Shown: in pieces, positions 24,646 to 35,937 of the stretch
Position numbering within the stretch: the stretch's first letter is position 1
How the letters are laid out: every line of letters begins with the position of its first letter
DNA from: Callorhinchus milii
Taxonomy: Eukaryota
DNA: 64,000 nucleotides
NCBI RefSeq assembly: GCF_018977255.1
Contig: NW_024704742.1
Span: 89,592,001-89,656,000, forward strand
Reading direction: 5' to 3'
The notes under the pieces: generated by a model
The model's input: only the letters and a program-made list of their open reading frames with translations
Databases searched by the model: none
Told to the model about the DNA's origin: nothing
Position numbers and translations under genes: made by a program

Positions 24646-26609
24646 TATAAAGGACTTATCTTAAATGACATTCACTGAGGCAGGAAAACCATAATGTGTG
24701 CATTTGTTTATCCAGCTTGCTTGTGCTATCATCACTCAATATTAATTTTTTCTGGCTCAGCTGTAGCATTAAAATGATACTAAATGTCAATTTCAACAGC
24801 TGAAATTAAAACATGCTCATTAATCTGGTTTAATTTTGCCTGAATGAGAAACTTTCAGGGCACATACTGATCGAAAAAAATGCTTCATGAAAACAATGAT
24901 GCAATTCCACACCTTAATGTGATAGGCAACCAACACTTTGCTACTTTGGATAGGGTGTGAGAATTAATCTTCCAATATTAACAGCTGCACATCCACCCTG
25001 CTTGTGATGCTATTTCTGATTCACAAACAAAAAGTTCCTGCTTAAAGGCTGCTCTGTACCATGAACGTTGAAAGCATTTTAAACAACCCTATATGAATGC
25101 GTGAAATGACAGCATACACGTGCCAAATCTTCTCCTTTTATTTGGGGGTGGCAGCAAAAGAGTTGAACTGGAAGTATTCAAAGTTTGCCCAAAATTCGAG
25201 TAATTCAAATGAATTCACCCAGACTGGCTCCAAGTGGGCATGGAATTTGTTTTGCGATTCTTGTTAGCCTCATTGAAGTGCATCCAGCAAAGTGAAAACA
25301 GATAGGGATGAATGCCAAGCACTCTTTAGATATGGGCAAGCGACATGAAAGGCGTTATATAAATGCAATTTCTTATTGTTGAACAAAGCTTCAAAAACAA
25401 AGACAGCAAAAGAGAATAAGAAGTGCAGGCTTTATTTTCTAAAAGGCCTAGAGACACAAGGAATACACTCCTCCTGCATTATTAGAGATGCCATCCTTCA
25501 GATGAGATGTTAATCCAAAATCTGCACACCTGTTCAGGTGGACATAAGAATTTACTAGATGAAAGAAGACTAAGTTCCATCCATTTTGCCTTCCACCATC
25601 CTGGCAACCACATGTACGTTGTGTCCCAAACTATATATTGTATCCCTAGAATGTTAACGCTCTAATTCATTCCATTCCGTCACATTACGTTAAAGCTTCG
25701 AGATGTTAAGGCTCTGATAACATGATTTGAAAAGAGAGGGAATTTCTCTGAGTGTCTTGGCCAACAATTGTCCAGATAAATTTTCCATTAATTTTGTGGT
25801 TGTTTGTGAGACCCTGCTGATGAAAATGGCCTTTTACTGTATCTATAAATCCAGCCAGTATACTTGATTGATATTACTTTTAAAAGCTTTGAAGTATTTC
25901 AACATATGTTACTATAAAAAATTCAAGTTGTTTGTTTCGCATTATGCAAATCTTCTATTCTGGAATAGCAAAGTACTGCTCAGATGAGGCAGATACCACA
26001 AAACAAAGATAAATAGTAATCATTGTGTTTGATATAGTGCCTTTCATGCCAGAAGGATGTCACAAAGTGCTTCATAGGATTTTATTGTGAAGTGGAGTTA
26101 CTGTGTATTCTGTACACACTTCTATCAAATTCCTTTTTGGACATGCAAGAAAGCTTATGCTTAAACCATCATTCCAACAAAAAAAGAAAAATGATACATA
26201 AAAGCTTACAATTTTGCTTCTGACCTGTTTATATAAAACAAATCCCTTCAAAAAGATGTGGGAAAAGTGCACATCTTGTGAAGAAAGTTGCTCTTCAAAC
26301 ACGCGGAAGTGCGGAGGATAGAAGCAGCACAGAGATTTTAAGTAGGGCAATTTACGCACTTTAACTTTTTATTTCCTAAACTTATTATAAATTCACTCCG
26401 GGCAGTCCTCAACAGCTTTCTGGTTTACCAGCAGAGAAGGTTTGCCTAATTATGCCACACACTGACAAACAGCATGACAGAAAGGGCAAATATTCTGACA
26501 ACCAAAGCTTAAATGACCTCAGAATACCACCCACTGATGTACTGCTTCTACTCTGAAATGCTGTCAGGTAAAGGAGGAAATTTCAAGTAATTTCAATTAA
26601 GGTACTTAC

Positions 26610-26699
26610 TCACTGGCAGCCATTTCAAAGCATTTGCAGTGCGTATACATGAATTCTTTACTCGGGCCAAAATCCATCAAGGGGATTTTTTCAACGTCT
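26610..26699 (-). other. Candidate internal exon (86 or 90 nt) of an unidentified minus-strand transcript
   Basis: About 40-nt pyrimidine tract ttttaatttttttctgttctttcctcctttgtttccttttcag|A at 26700; overlapping donors CCA|gtgagt (exon end 26614) and TGA|gtaagt (end 26610); one open frame, DVEKIPLMDFGPSKEFMYTHCKCFEMAA. Confidence 0.5.
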
Positions 26700-27207
26700 C
26701 TGAAAAGGAAACAAAGGAGGAAAGAACAGAAAAAAATTAAAAGCGGCTGTGACTTCAGGAGACTGTTTGCTTGCAAGCTCAGAATTGCCGTTGACGCACT
26801 ATGTGATCATTCTTATGTTGCCGATCACATCACAGTGCCAATGCAGCCTTTTTTCGAGAAAGCAGATAGTTAGTATCCAGCGCTGATATGCGGCTGATAA
26901 GTGTGAGATGCCTTGCAAAAGATTATTCCCCCCCAGACAATTTCAGAAGTGTGATCTCTGTACGAAAACAGTTCTATGAAGTATTTCGCTGTAAAACCCA
27001 TCAAAAGTGGTCCTCATTGGGAAAACACTGGCAGACTTCAGTTTCTGCAGCACCTCTGATATTGCTGAATAGTACTCCCCCAGTGCTGCTGATGGTAACA
27101 CACATACACACTGACTGACACTTCTGCTATACTTCTGTTGCTATGGGTGCAGTTAAAACTGTTCTTAGCAGTTGCCAATTGATGAATCACTTTTCTACAA
27201 GCGTAAT

Positions 27208-27605
27208 TAATAATAATAATAATAATAATCCATGATTTGATATAGTGCCTTTCATGTCAGACGGACTTCAAAATGCTTAAAGGGAATGGCTGCAAAGTGT
27301 AGTGACTGTGTATTCTTGCAGCCAAACACAGCAGCCAATGATACACAACAGCCATGAAGTGAGCAACCAGTTTTTCTTTTTGAATAGTGGCATAGGAATC
27401 TTCAACGTCCACCTAACAAGGCAGACTGGACTTCAGTTTTAATGTCTCATCCTCAAGATGGTATCTGGAACGATACAGTTCTCCCCCAGGGTTGCATTGA
27501 AGTGTCAGCCTAGACTACAAGTTTAGTCAAATCACAATATGAGGCTTGAACACACAATCTTCTGATTCAAAGATGAGAGCGCTACTAACTGAGCCAGGCT
27601 GACAC
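27208..27605 (-). mobile_element. DeuSINE-like SINE family B, full length
   Basis: Minus strand starts gtgtcagcctggctcagttagtagcgctctcatc and ends in (ATT)n. Confidence 0.82.
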
Positions 27606-27764
27606 CTGATACAGCCCCTTTAAAGGTAAATAACAACAGGGATGGGAGGGAGTGAAAGGAGTATTTTTTCTTCAACGTATTTAAAGCCGAGACTGAGAGA
27701 AAAAAAACTTGATTGCAAAACAATACTTTTATAAAAGTGAGGAACCTTCTCTTTAACACAATAC

Positions 27765-27900
27765 CTGGAACCTGGGCCAATAGAAAGATACAGGCGCATT
27801 TTCCACCACAGCTGCTACAAACAGCCCCTTGGATACTAACTGCCACACACAGTGCACTGGGCCCCATGCCGCTTGCGCTATTTGCTCAACGCTGCTACTA
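27765..27900 (-). other. Candidate first exon upstream of the 26699 exon (5' end unknown)
   Basis: Donor CAG|gtattg at 27765/27764; gaaaATG at 27799 gives MRLYLSIGPGS-R in phase 2, compatible with the only open frame of the 26699 exon. Confidence 0.35.
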
Positions 27901-28050
27901 TGGCTGGAGCAGCTCCAATCGCACATGCGCTGCACAGTGAACTTTGGGATCTTGGCTGTGCGGGAGATCGACTTTGCTGGTGAGTAAACCTTGATAAGAA
28001 AAGCAGCTGCATCACACTACTGTCCTGCCATAAACTCTTGGTAAGTGCTG
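27860..28050. promoter_or_regulatory. Candidate (possibly bidirectional) promoter
   Basis: CCAAT at 27915-27919 next to NRF1-like gcacatgcgc at 27921-27930; local CpG enrichment; outward-facing donors (plus: CTG|gtgagt at 27980, TTG|gtaagt at 28041; minus: 27764). Confidence 0.4.
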
Positions 28051-28474
28051 GACTATTCAAATTAAAATATTTATTATTTTAAACATAACTACATTTTCAG
28101 GAAATTTATACCTTTAGTTTTAATCAGGGTGTTTGACTTTTTAGGTTGTACAATACAAAAATGGCCAAAATTTTTTGTAAATCCCGTGAGGAAGCCAGGG
28201 GGCAGCACGCCTCATTTTCCGTCTGTTCCTCGGATAGAATTGTACTCTATCCAGGTGAACTTTATGAAGAAGGGGGCAGTTGTTTTGCCACATTTGCTGT
28301 CACACAATTGACCATGTTTGCAAGTACACCATTGATGAGCACATGAAATCGCGGAAACATTGTGAACGCAAAGAGGAAACGAAAAATAAAAAAAAGTAAA
28401 ATACTTTGTATATATATATATATAATATTAAATGAAAATGTATCATTATTTGTTTTCACTTTAATTTTGAAAGA

Positions 28475-29786
28475 AAATCTTAATGACATTTTGACCATCT
28501 GTGACCAGGGTTCCCTCTGCCTCCTCGTCCTCCTTGACCTATCGGCCTCATTCGATACGGTCAACCACTCTATCCTCCTCCACCGCTTGTCCTCCCACCT
28601 CAACCTTCAAGGCACTGTCCTTGAGTGGTTTAGGTCGTACCTCTCCCACCGTCTTCACTTTGTTTCCACAAACGGCTTTTCCTCCACCCCTCGCACTGCC
28701 TTGTGCGGTGTCCCTCAGGGCTCTGTCCTCGGTCCCCTCCTCTTCACCCTCAAAATGCTCCCCTCGGTGACATCATCCACAGACATGGGGTTAACTTCCA
28801 CATGTATGCGGATGACACCCAACTCTACCTTTCCTCCTCTACCCTCAACTCCACGACCACCGATGTCCTGACAGCTGCCTGTCCGACATCGAGTCCTGGA
28901 CGAGAGACAACTTTCTTCAGCTCAACGTGCGTAAAACTGAGGCCCTCCTGATTGGCTCACGTCAGCGCCTCCGCACCTCAGGCGCTGACAGCATCAGCAT
29001 CCAAGGCTGCACTCTCCACCTCTCAAAGCAGTCAGGAACCTCGGCGTTTTGTTCGACCCTGAGCCGTCCTTTCTCCCTCATATCCGCACCACAACTGGCA
29101 CCGCCTTCCATCACCTCCGGAATATCGCCAGACTACGGCACCCCTCACACTGCTGAAACTCTGGTCCACGCCTTTATCACCTCAAGGCTGGACTATAGGA
29201 ATTCTCTCCTCGTCGGCCTTCCCGGCACCTCCCTCCACAAGCTGCAGGTCATTCAGAACTCTGCAGCTCGTGTACTGTCCCGCACCAGGACCACATCACT
29301 CCCACCCTCGCTCGCCTCCACTGGCTCCCCATCCCCCAGAGGATCGAATTCAAGATCCTCATCCTCACCTACAAGGCTATCCACGGCCTTGCTCCCTCCT
29401 ACCTCTCCGACCTACTATCCCCCTACTTACCTGCCCGTACCCTCCGTTCCTCTGGCTCCGGTCTGCTCCACGTCCCCCGCCCCAACCGCCCTACCATCGG
29501 TGGCCGGGCCTTCGTCCTCTCAGCCCCGAGGCTCTGGAGCTCTATCCCCCAGTGCCTTCGCCGCCTCCTCCCTTTCCTCCTTCAAGGCCGGTCTCAAGAC
29601 CTTTCTCTTCGACCGTGCCTTGAGCTCCCCTCTCGACTCTCTACCCCCTCCTCGCTCCCTCTCTTCCCTCCCCTCACCCTGACCATTTTCCCCCTGCTCG
29701 GGTCCCGACCCAACTGTCCAGCGCCTTGGGATATCCTCCCGACATGAAAGGTGCTCTGTAAATGAAATCTTGTTGTTGTTGTTGTT
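28475..29786 (+). mobile_element. 5'-truncated, frameshifted L2 LINE (RT domain plus 3' UTR)
   Basis: Motifs across frames: LLVLLDLSASFDTVNH, GVPQGSVLGPLLF, HMYADDTQLY, KTEALLIG, LVHAFITSRLDY, LQVIQNSAAR; (GTT)n tail. Confidence 0.95.
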
Positions 29787-30153
29787 AATTTGCATGAATA
29801 CAAAAGTTAATCTCCCTCCTTTTGCATTTAATTTTAAAAGCACATAAAACAACCACAGCAAACAAAAACAAATAGACAGACCATTTCTAATGACAAATGC
29901 TTCATGAAGATCAATTTTTATTTTTTCTTCAAAGACAACTTGCTCTGACAACCTGCTTCACTGGAGCTATGGAATCTATGGAAAGGAAGCAATTTATGTT
30001 GGACTGTGTGGTGTTTGACTGGAGCAGACATATCGCTTGAAAAAGCTCCTGCCTTCCAAGAGTTTCTATGCAAGTACACGAAACCGAGAGACTATTCCAA
30101 CACCATCACAGGTTGAAGGAGCTTATTCATGAGCATGAAGCATTTTTGAAGAA

Positions 30154-30996
30154 ATAAGAACATAACATAAGAACATAAGAAATGCTAGTTGAAAAAAGGC
30201 CAAGGTCCATCTAGTTCGCCTTCCACATTCCTGGTGGTCGCATGCATATAAGTCCCGAACTACCTATGTAACTATATCCCATAATGTTATTTCCTAAAAG
30301 AAAACTTTCTAATCTGTGTTTGAAGGTATCAATACTTCCTGCTTCAACCATCTCCCTAGGGAGCTTGTTCCACAGGTTCACTATTCGCTCACTGAAATAG
30401 TGTTTGCGCAGATTACCCCCTTTCAATCGCAGGCCATGTCCACTGGTTTGACTATTCTGGACAAGTTGAAACAGCCTGTCGTGATCTATATTGTCTTGCC
30501 CGTTTAGAATCTTAAAGACAGCAATCATGTCACCTCCCAATCTTCTCTTTTCCAGCGTGAAGTTGGCCAATTTACTTAGTCTCTCCTCATAGTCCAGTCC
30601 TTCCATTCCCTCAATCATTTTGGTTGCCCTCCTCTGTATCTGCTCGATTTCTCCAATATCCTGTGACCAGAACTGTACACAGTACTCTAAGTAGGTCTCA
30701 CAAATGATCTATCCAGTGGCAAGATTACCCCACTATTTTGGCTTGCTATTGATCTTTTGATACATCCCAATATCTGGTTTGCTTTACTCACTGCCACATA
30801 GCATTGTTGGGATTGCTTCAATTTATTGTCAATCAGGACCCTCAGGTCCTTTTCATTTTCTATACATATTATTTTCCTTCCGTTCAAATAATAGTCCCTT
30901 CCAGGATTTTTTGTCCCCATGTGAAGTACTTTACATTTCTCCACATTGAATTTCATCTGCCACCGATCTGCCCAATTCCCAAGTATGTTCAAATCC
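30154..30996 (-). mobile_element. 5'-truncated CR1 LINE
   Basis: Minus frames DLNILGNWADRWQMKFNVEKCKVLHMG, KANQILGCIKR, YEERLSKL..TLEKRRLGGDMIAVFKI, FSERIVNLWNKLP; (aagaacat)n tail on the plus strand. Confidence 0.95.
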
Positions 30997-31425
30997 ACCC
31001 TGAGCTTCCAGTTTCTTGCCATTTCAACTCTCCTTCCCATTTGCACTCTGAACTCTCCATCCATGGTCTCCTACGCTGTTCCAATGAGCCACAGCGCAAG
31101 CTCGAGGAACGGCACCTCATTTATCTGCTCGGGACCTTACAGCCCTCTGGCCTCAATATTGATTTCAATATTTTCAGACCATAACAGCTCACCTCCCCCC
31201 TCCCCCTCTTCTGTGACCATTACCACATAATCGTGGTCCCAGACACACCTGTTCTCCCCTGATCTGCCTGTTTTGTTGCAAGTTCTTTTATCACCCCCCC
31301 CACCCTCACCTTTTTGTACTTTGTATTAACACCTCTATTCCCCTGTTTTGTTGCAATTCCCCCTTTATATTGCATCATTAACACCTCTTTAACCCATCAT
31401 CCCCTGCTGTCTACCCCATTTTCTC
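30996..31425 (+). mobile_element. Penelope-like element 3' fragment (GIY-YIG endonuclease C-terminus plus 3' region)
   Basis: HPELPVSCHFNSPSHLHSELSIHGLLRCSNEPQRKLEERHLIYLLGTLQPSGLNIDF, stop at 31184. The PV..HF, R..E...I..L.T..P.GLN pattern is characteristic of the PLE GIY-YIG C-terminus. Confidence 0.85.
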
Positions 31426-31427
31426 CT

Positions 31428-31580
31428 TTGTTTGTGGGACACTGCTGTGCGCAATTGGCTGCCGCGTTTTTCCCACAAATGTACAGTCAATTCACTTTAC
31501 AGTATATTCTGTGAAGCGCTCTGAGATGTCTAGAAGACGTGAAAAGCACTATATCAAATCCAAGGATTATTATTATATTA
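31428..31580 (+). mobile_element. SINE 3' half (families A/B shared region)
   Basis: tttgtgggacactgctgtgcgcaattggctgccg...tatcaaatccaaggattatt. Confidence 0.85.
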
Positions 31581-33639
31581 CTATTATCTTGTTCAGCTTG
31601 GCAATCTACCACCTTCATTAGCTTGGTGTCAATTTAGTCACTGTAATTGTGATTCCTAGTTCCAGATCATTTAGAAATATGTTGAGGACACGGATGTGTA
31701 CTTGTTCCTGGTTGAGACCACTGATTCCAGTGGTTAGCAGCATAATGCGTCTCTCAATAACACCAATTAACCAATGGCTGCCAATTTGCACAGAGCTATG
31801 TTCTGCAAACAGCCACAAAGTAAGTTACCAATTTACCTGGAGGAATTTTGGTGAGGACACCAGAAGAAACTCCTCTCTCTTTTGAAATATAGCATATTGG
31901 ATTTTTAACATTCATCTTTAGTGTAAAGACAGTGATATTTCTGATGGAGAGGCCATTGATAATACTGAGTCCATTCTGAACTTTCCAAGACTTACACAGC
32001 TCCTGGCCAGTGTAAAGCTCCTAACCCCATTAAATTCAATTGAGCAGCTCTGGGATGGGGCAGGATTCTCTCTGTAGCAGATATCATCTGAGGTTTAGTG
32101 TTCAAACAAGTATTCCTTGCTGCAGGGAATGCATTGTTTTTTTAACAATGTTCTCTATTTCTACTGGGAATACTTTTAACAAAATGTACTCTGTGGAATC
32201 ACTTCCCCCCTTTAATCTATGAAAATGAGTTATATTTCAACTATTGCTTGAGTTGAGATTTTATGTTTTTGGGTATAACTATCTACTGTTATACATAGGT
32301 CTCTGGCCAGTATAAATTATTAATAATCCTTGCATTTGATACAGAGCCTTTCAATTCAGGAAAGCGCCTCTCAAAGTTTCCCATGTATTTTGCAAACAAA
32401 TGCCAATTTATGCACAGCAATGTCCTACAAACGGCCAGGATTGTAGGCCAGAACAACAAGAATAAAACCCTTCTCTTTTCAAACAGATGACAGGGCTGCC
32501 ATGTAAAGTCTCTTCTGAAGGACGGCACCTCTGAAAATGAAACACTCCCCAACACTGCACTAATAGGTTTGCATGTCCTCAGGCAAATCCTCTCCGTCCC
32601 TTTCTATACAGATGAGACATTAAACTGAGGTCCACCTGCCTGTACAAGTGGACAATCTCCCAAACTGAAGTGTTCACTCACTCCATGGCTATTTGTAGAA
32701 CTTTACAGTGCACAAATTGGCTGCCTCGTCCGCCCCCCCAAAAATGCTCAGTCACATAGATTTACAATATATCCTGTGAAGTGCTTTGAGCTGTCTTGAT
32801 GCTATAATAAGGCACTTTATCAAATGCAAGAATTATTGTTCTATTACAGTAAAACTCGCATGAGTCATCTCTTTATAGATCGTATAATCGCCTAAGTCGT
32901 ACATTCACCCGAGTCCCATTTAGTTTCCTCTCCAAAAACAATTAGATTTCTTTACACAGGTCGTATTTTATAAATCAGCTAAAGCGTAACTGTTTCTTGG
33001 GTGGTTAGGGTGGGGAGGGAGGACAAAGAAGGGCAATCATGATGCGATGATGTTTTATGCCAATGTTGCGAAAAGTTGCAATGAATAAGTGGCAGAACTC
33101 TCTCCAGAACTGCTTTGGAAGCAGTGATGTTGGATTTTTTTTACTCTGAAGGAGTGTTAGACATGTGGAATCTCTCCCATTTTTGGTGGCCTCTGAGCTT
33201 TTCGTTGTGGAAAATTACATTATTCACTGAGCCTTGCAATTGTGCACTTGTATCTCTGTGTTCTAATATTTTCAGCAATATATCATGGAATATCTGTGAG
33301 TTTTTACTAAATTTTAAAACGAGTCAATAACGTATTAGTTAATGACTCGCATTCAAGCTGTGCACCTGTGCTTATACTATACGGGCCGATCATGGAAAAT
33401 AGTCCTGAAATTAACAGATAGAATTTACTTGTAGCTAATAATTATCATTGCCTACAATCACGTAAGCAGGGTTTCCTTGGAGCTGAACTGGCTCCAAGAT
33501 GATACGCCTACAATGGAATGTCGAAATTGAGCCAGCCCTCTGAGGCGGGCTCAGCAGTTTGGTTCTTGAGCCAGGTGGGTCTACAGTTTTCCAGGGCACT
33601 GCTGATGACAGCACAACCAGCCTGGCACATCAGCAGGAC

Positions 33640-34040
33640 CTAGAAGGGAAGACAAGTCATTAGGGGTAGGGAGTCATGCCACTCAGCTTATGTTAACCCT
33701 TCAAGTCAAAGCCCTTAAGGGTAGGGTGGTCCTAGATGAAAAGCTTGCCAGACAGCAATATCAATGGCTAGCTATGCGGTTTTAGCTGGTAAGGCTCTAG
33801 CCGTATCCCAACACACACTCTGGGGTCCCCAAGCCTCGGCTCTTGCCAACCTGCACCTAATACTTTCTGGAATTAGGTTAGCAGGATGCATTCTTCCAGG
33901 GAGAGAGTGTACATTTCCAGTCCAGCCATCTATCACTGGGATTTCCATGTGTAGGTGGGATGCATGGAAATCTCAGCTTGGCTTGGATACTCTTAAGCAT
34001 GGGGATGGGCTTCTGTTTGTGTCAGACACCCGGCTGACCA
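33640..34040 (+). mobile_element. Interspersed repeat family C (Vingi-like 5' region, tentative)
   Basis: Homologous to 46840-47060, 63210-63378 and the reverse complement of 59365-59490; shared blocks tcaatggc.agct..g..g.tttagc.gg, tttcca.gtgtaggtgg, cttaagcat.gtgatggg, gtgtc.gacacccggctga. Confidence 0.6.
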
Positions 34041-34121
34041 AAAAACAAAATTGCCTACATCCTGGAATCCCAAACTTCCAACTTGACTTTGCTTGTATAA
34101 TTATTTTGTTATAAAAAACAG

Positions 34122-34535
34122 GTGTCAGTCTGGCTCAGTTGGTAGCACGCTCTTATTCTGAGACTGAAGTTTGTGGGTTCAAGCCCCATATCAGACATTT
34201 GATTGCTTCAGTAGGCTGATTCCTCAATGCAGTTCCTGGAATGCAGTATTGACACAAGTGCTAACCTTCAGAATAGGTATTAGATCAAATCCTGTCTTTT
34301 TGTTCAGGTGGTTCAAGATCCTATGGCCTCATTTGAAACAAGAAAGGGAGTCCCAGATATATCCCAAATAAAATTGGTTAATCACTTCATGCTGTTTGTG
34401 GGACATTGCTGTGGGCCAATGTACTCTTGTGTTTGCCTGCAAATACAAGGATACTACACTTTACAATAAATCCTGGGTAGCATTTTGACAAAGTGACACA
34501 TGATAAAGTGCTGAATCAAATGCAAGTTTTATTAT
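34122..34535 (+). mobile_element. DeuSINE-like SINE family B, full length
   Basis: gtgtcagtctggctcagttggtagcacgctc...taggctga...aagatcctatggc...aaatgcaag. Confidence 0.8.
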
Positions 34536-34616
34536 CGAATATAATACTGCACAAAATTGTAGAAATCCAGTCTTAATTTGGAACCCAAATTTGAAACAGT
34601 GGCAAACCAGCTTACC

Positions 34617-35300
34617 ACAAGATTTCATTTATAGAGCGCCTTTCACATCGGAAGGATGTCCCAAGACGCTGGACAGTTGGGTCAGGACCCGAGCAGGGGG
34701 TAAATGGTCAGGGTGAGGGGAGGGAAGGGAGGGAGTGAGGAGAGGGTAGAGAGGCGAGAGGGGAGCTGAAGGCACAGTCAAAGAGAAAGGTCTTGAGACC
34801 GGCCTTGAAGGAGGAAAGGGAGGAGACAAAGCGAAGGCACTGGCGGATGGAGTTCCAGAGCCTGGGGGCTGAGAGGCTGAAGGCCCGGCCACCGATGGTA
34901 GGGCGGTTAGGGCGGGGGATGTGGAGCAGACCGGAGCCAGAGGAACGGAGGGTATGGGCAGGTAAGTAGGGGGATAGTAGGTCGGAGAGGTAGGAGGGAG
35001 CAAGGCCGTGAATGGCGTTGTAGGTGAGGATGAGGATCTTGAATTCGATCCTCTGGGGGATGGGGAGCCAGTGGAGGCGAGCGAGGGTGGGAGTGATGTG
35101 ATCGCGAAGCCTGGTGCGGGACAGTACATGAGCTGCAGAGTTCTGAATGACCTGCAGCTTGTGGAGGGAGGTGCCGGGAAAGCCGACAAGTAGAGAGTTC
35201 CCATAGTCCAGCCTTGAGGTGATAAAGGCATGGACCAGAGTTTCAGCAGCGTGAGGGGTGAGATAGTGCTGTAGTCTGGCGATGTTTCGGAGGTGATGGA
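34617..35300 (-). mobile_element. L2 LINE 3' fragment, same young subfamily as 28475-29786
   Basis: Reverse complement aligns almost base for base with ~29105-29775, e.g. ggatcgaattcaagatcctcatcctcacctacaa. Confidence 0.93.
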
Positions 35301-35667
35301 GCTCACAAATTAAGATTTACCCATGATTCTGCACCTTAAAGTTAAACTTTGAAACAAAATGGTCTGACAAATTAAGACTAGGGGCTTTTCAGGTCTCAGA
35401 TGTCAAGATATTTCAGAATTGAGGAAATCCAGAGATTTGTGGAAAAAACGTTTTAATGTCACAATACAAATCTGGAAACTCGGGAACTCTCCCCCTTCCT
35501 CTCCACCTTCAAATCCTGCCTAATGACCTTCCTTTTTGATCGTGTATACGGTCACCTCCCCCTCTCCCCTGGCTTGGTGTCAGACTCCGCCACTGTCAAG
35601 CGCTCCGGGATGCTGTCCCACCATGAAGAGCGCTATATAAATGCAAGTTGTGTTGTTGTAAATTATT

Positions 35668-35937
35668 AAAGGTCTCATCTGCCTGTTCAGGTGGTTGATA
35701 AAGATCCCATGGCACTATTCGGAAAGAGAGAGGAGTTTCTCCTGGTATCCTGGCCAACAATCTTCCAAAATAAAATTGGTCCTTCACTACATGGCTGTGT
35801 GTGGAACACTGCTGTGTGCAATTGGCTGCTGCATTTTGCCCACAAAATACACAGTCAATCCACTTCACAGTATATCCTGTGAGACGTTTAAATGATGTGA
35901 TAAGGCGCAATATCAAATGCAAGGATTAATATTATTA
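35668..35937 (+). mobile_element. DeuSINE-like family B 3' two-thirds, preceded by an L2 tail (35480-35660)
   Basis: tctgcctgttcaggtgg...aaagatcccatggcactattcgg...gtttctcctggtatcctggccaac...aaatgcaaggatta. Confidence 0.8.

Noticed and set aside
28362..29682. Longest ORFs (169, 251 and 117 aa) as a host gene
   Set aside because: They are frameshifted L2 reverse-transcriptase remnants and their alternative frames.
34629..35306. 225-aa Ser/Pro-rich ORF
   Set aside because: Off-frame reading of the GC-rich L2 3' region; the same pseudo-peptide occurs in 28927-29682.
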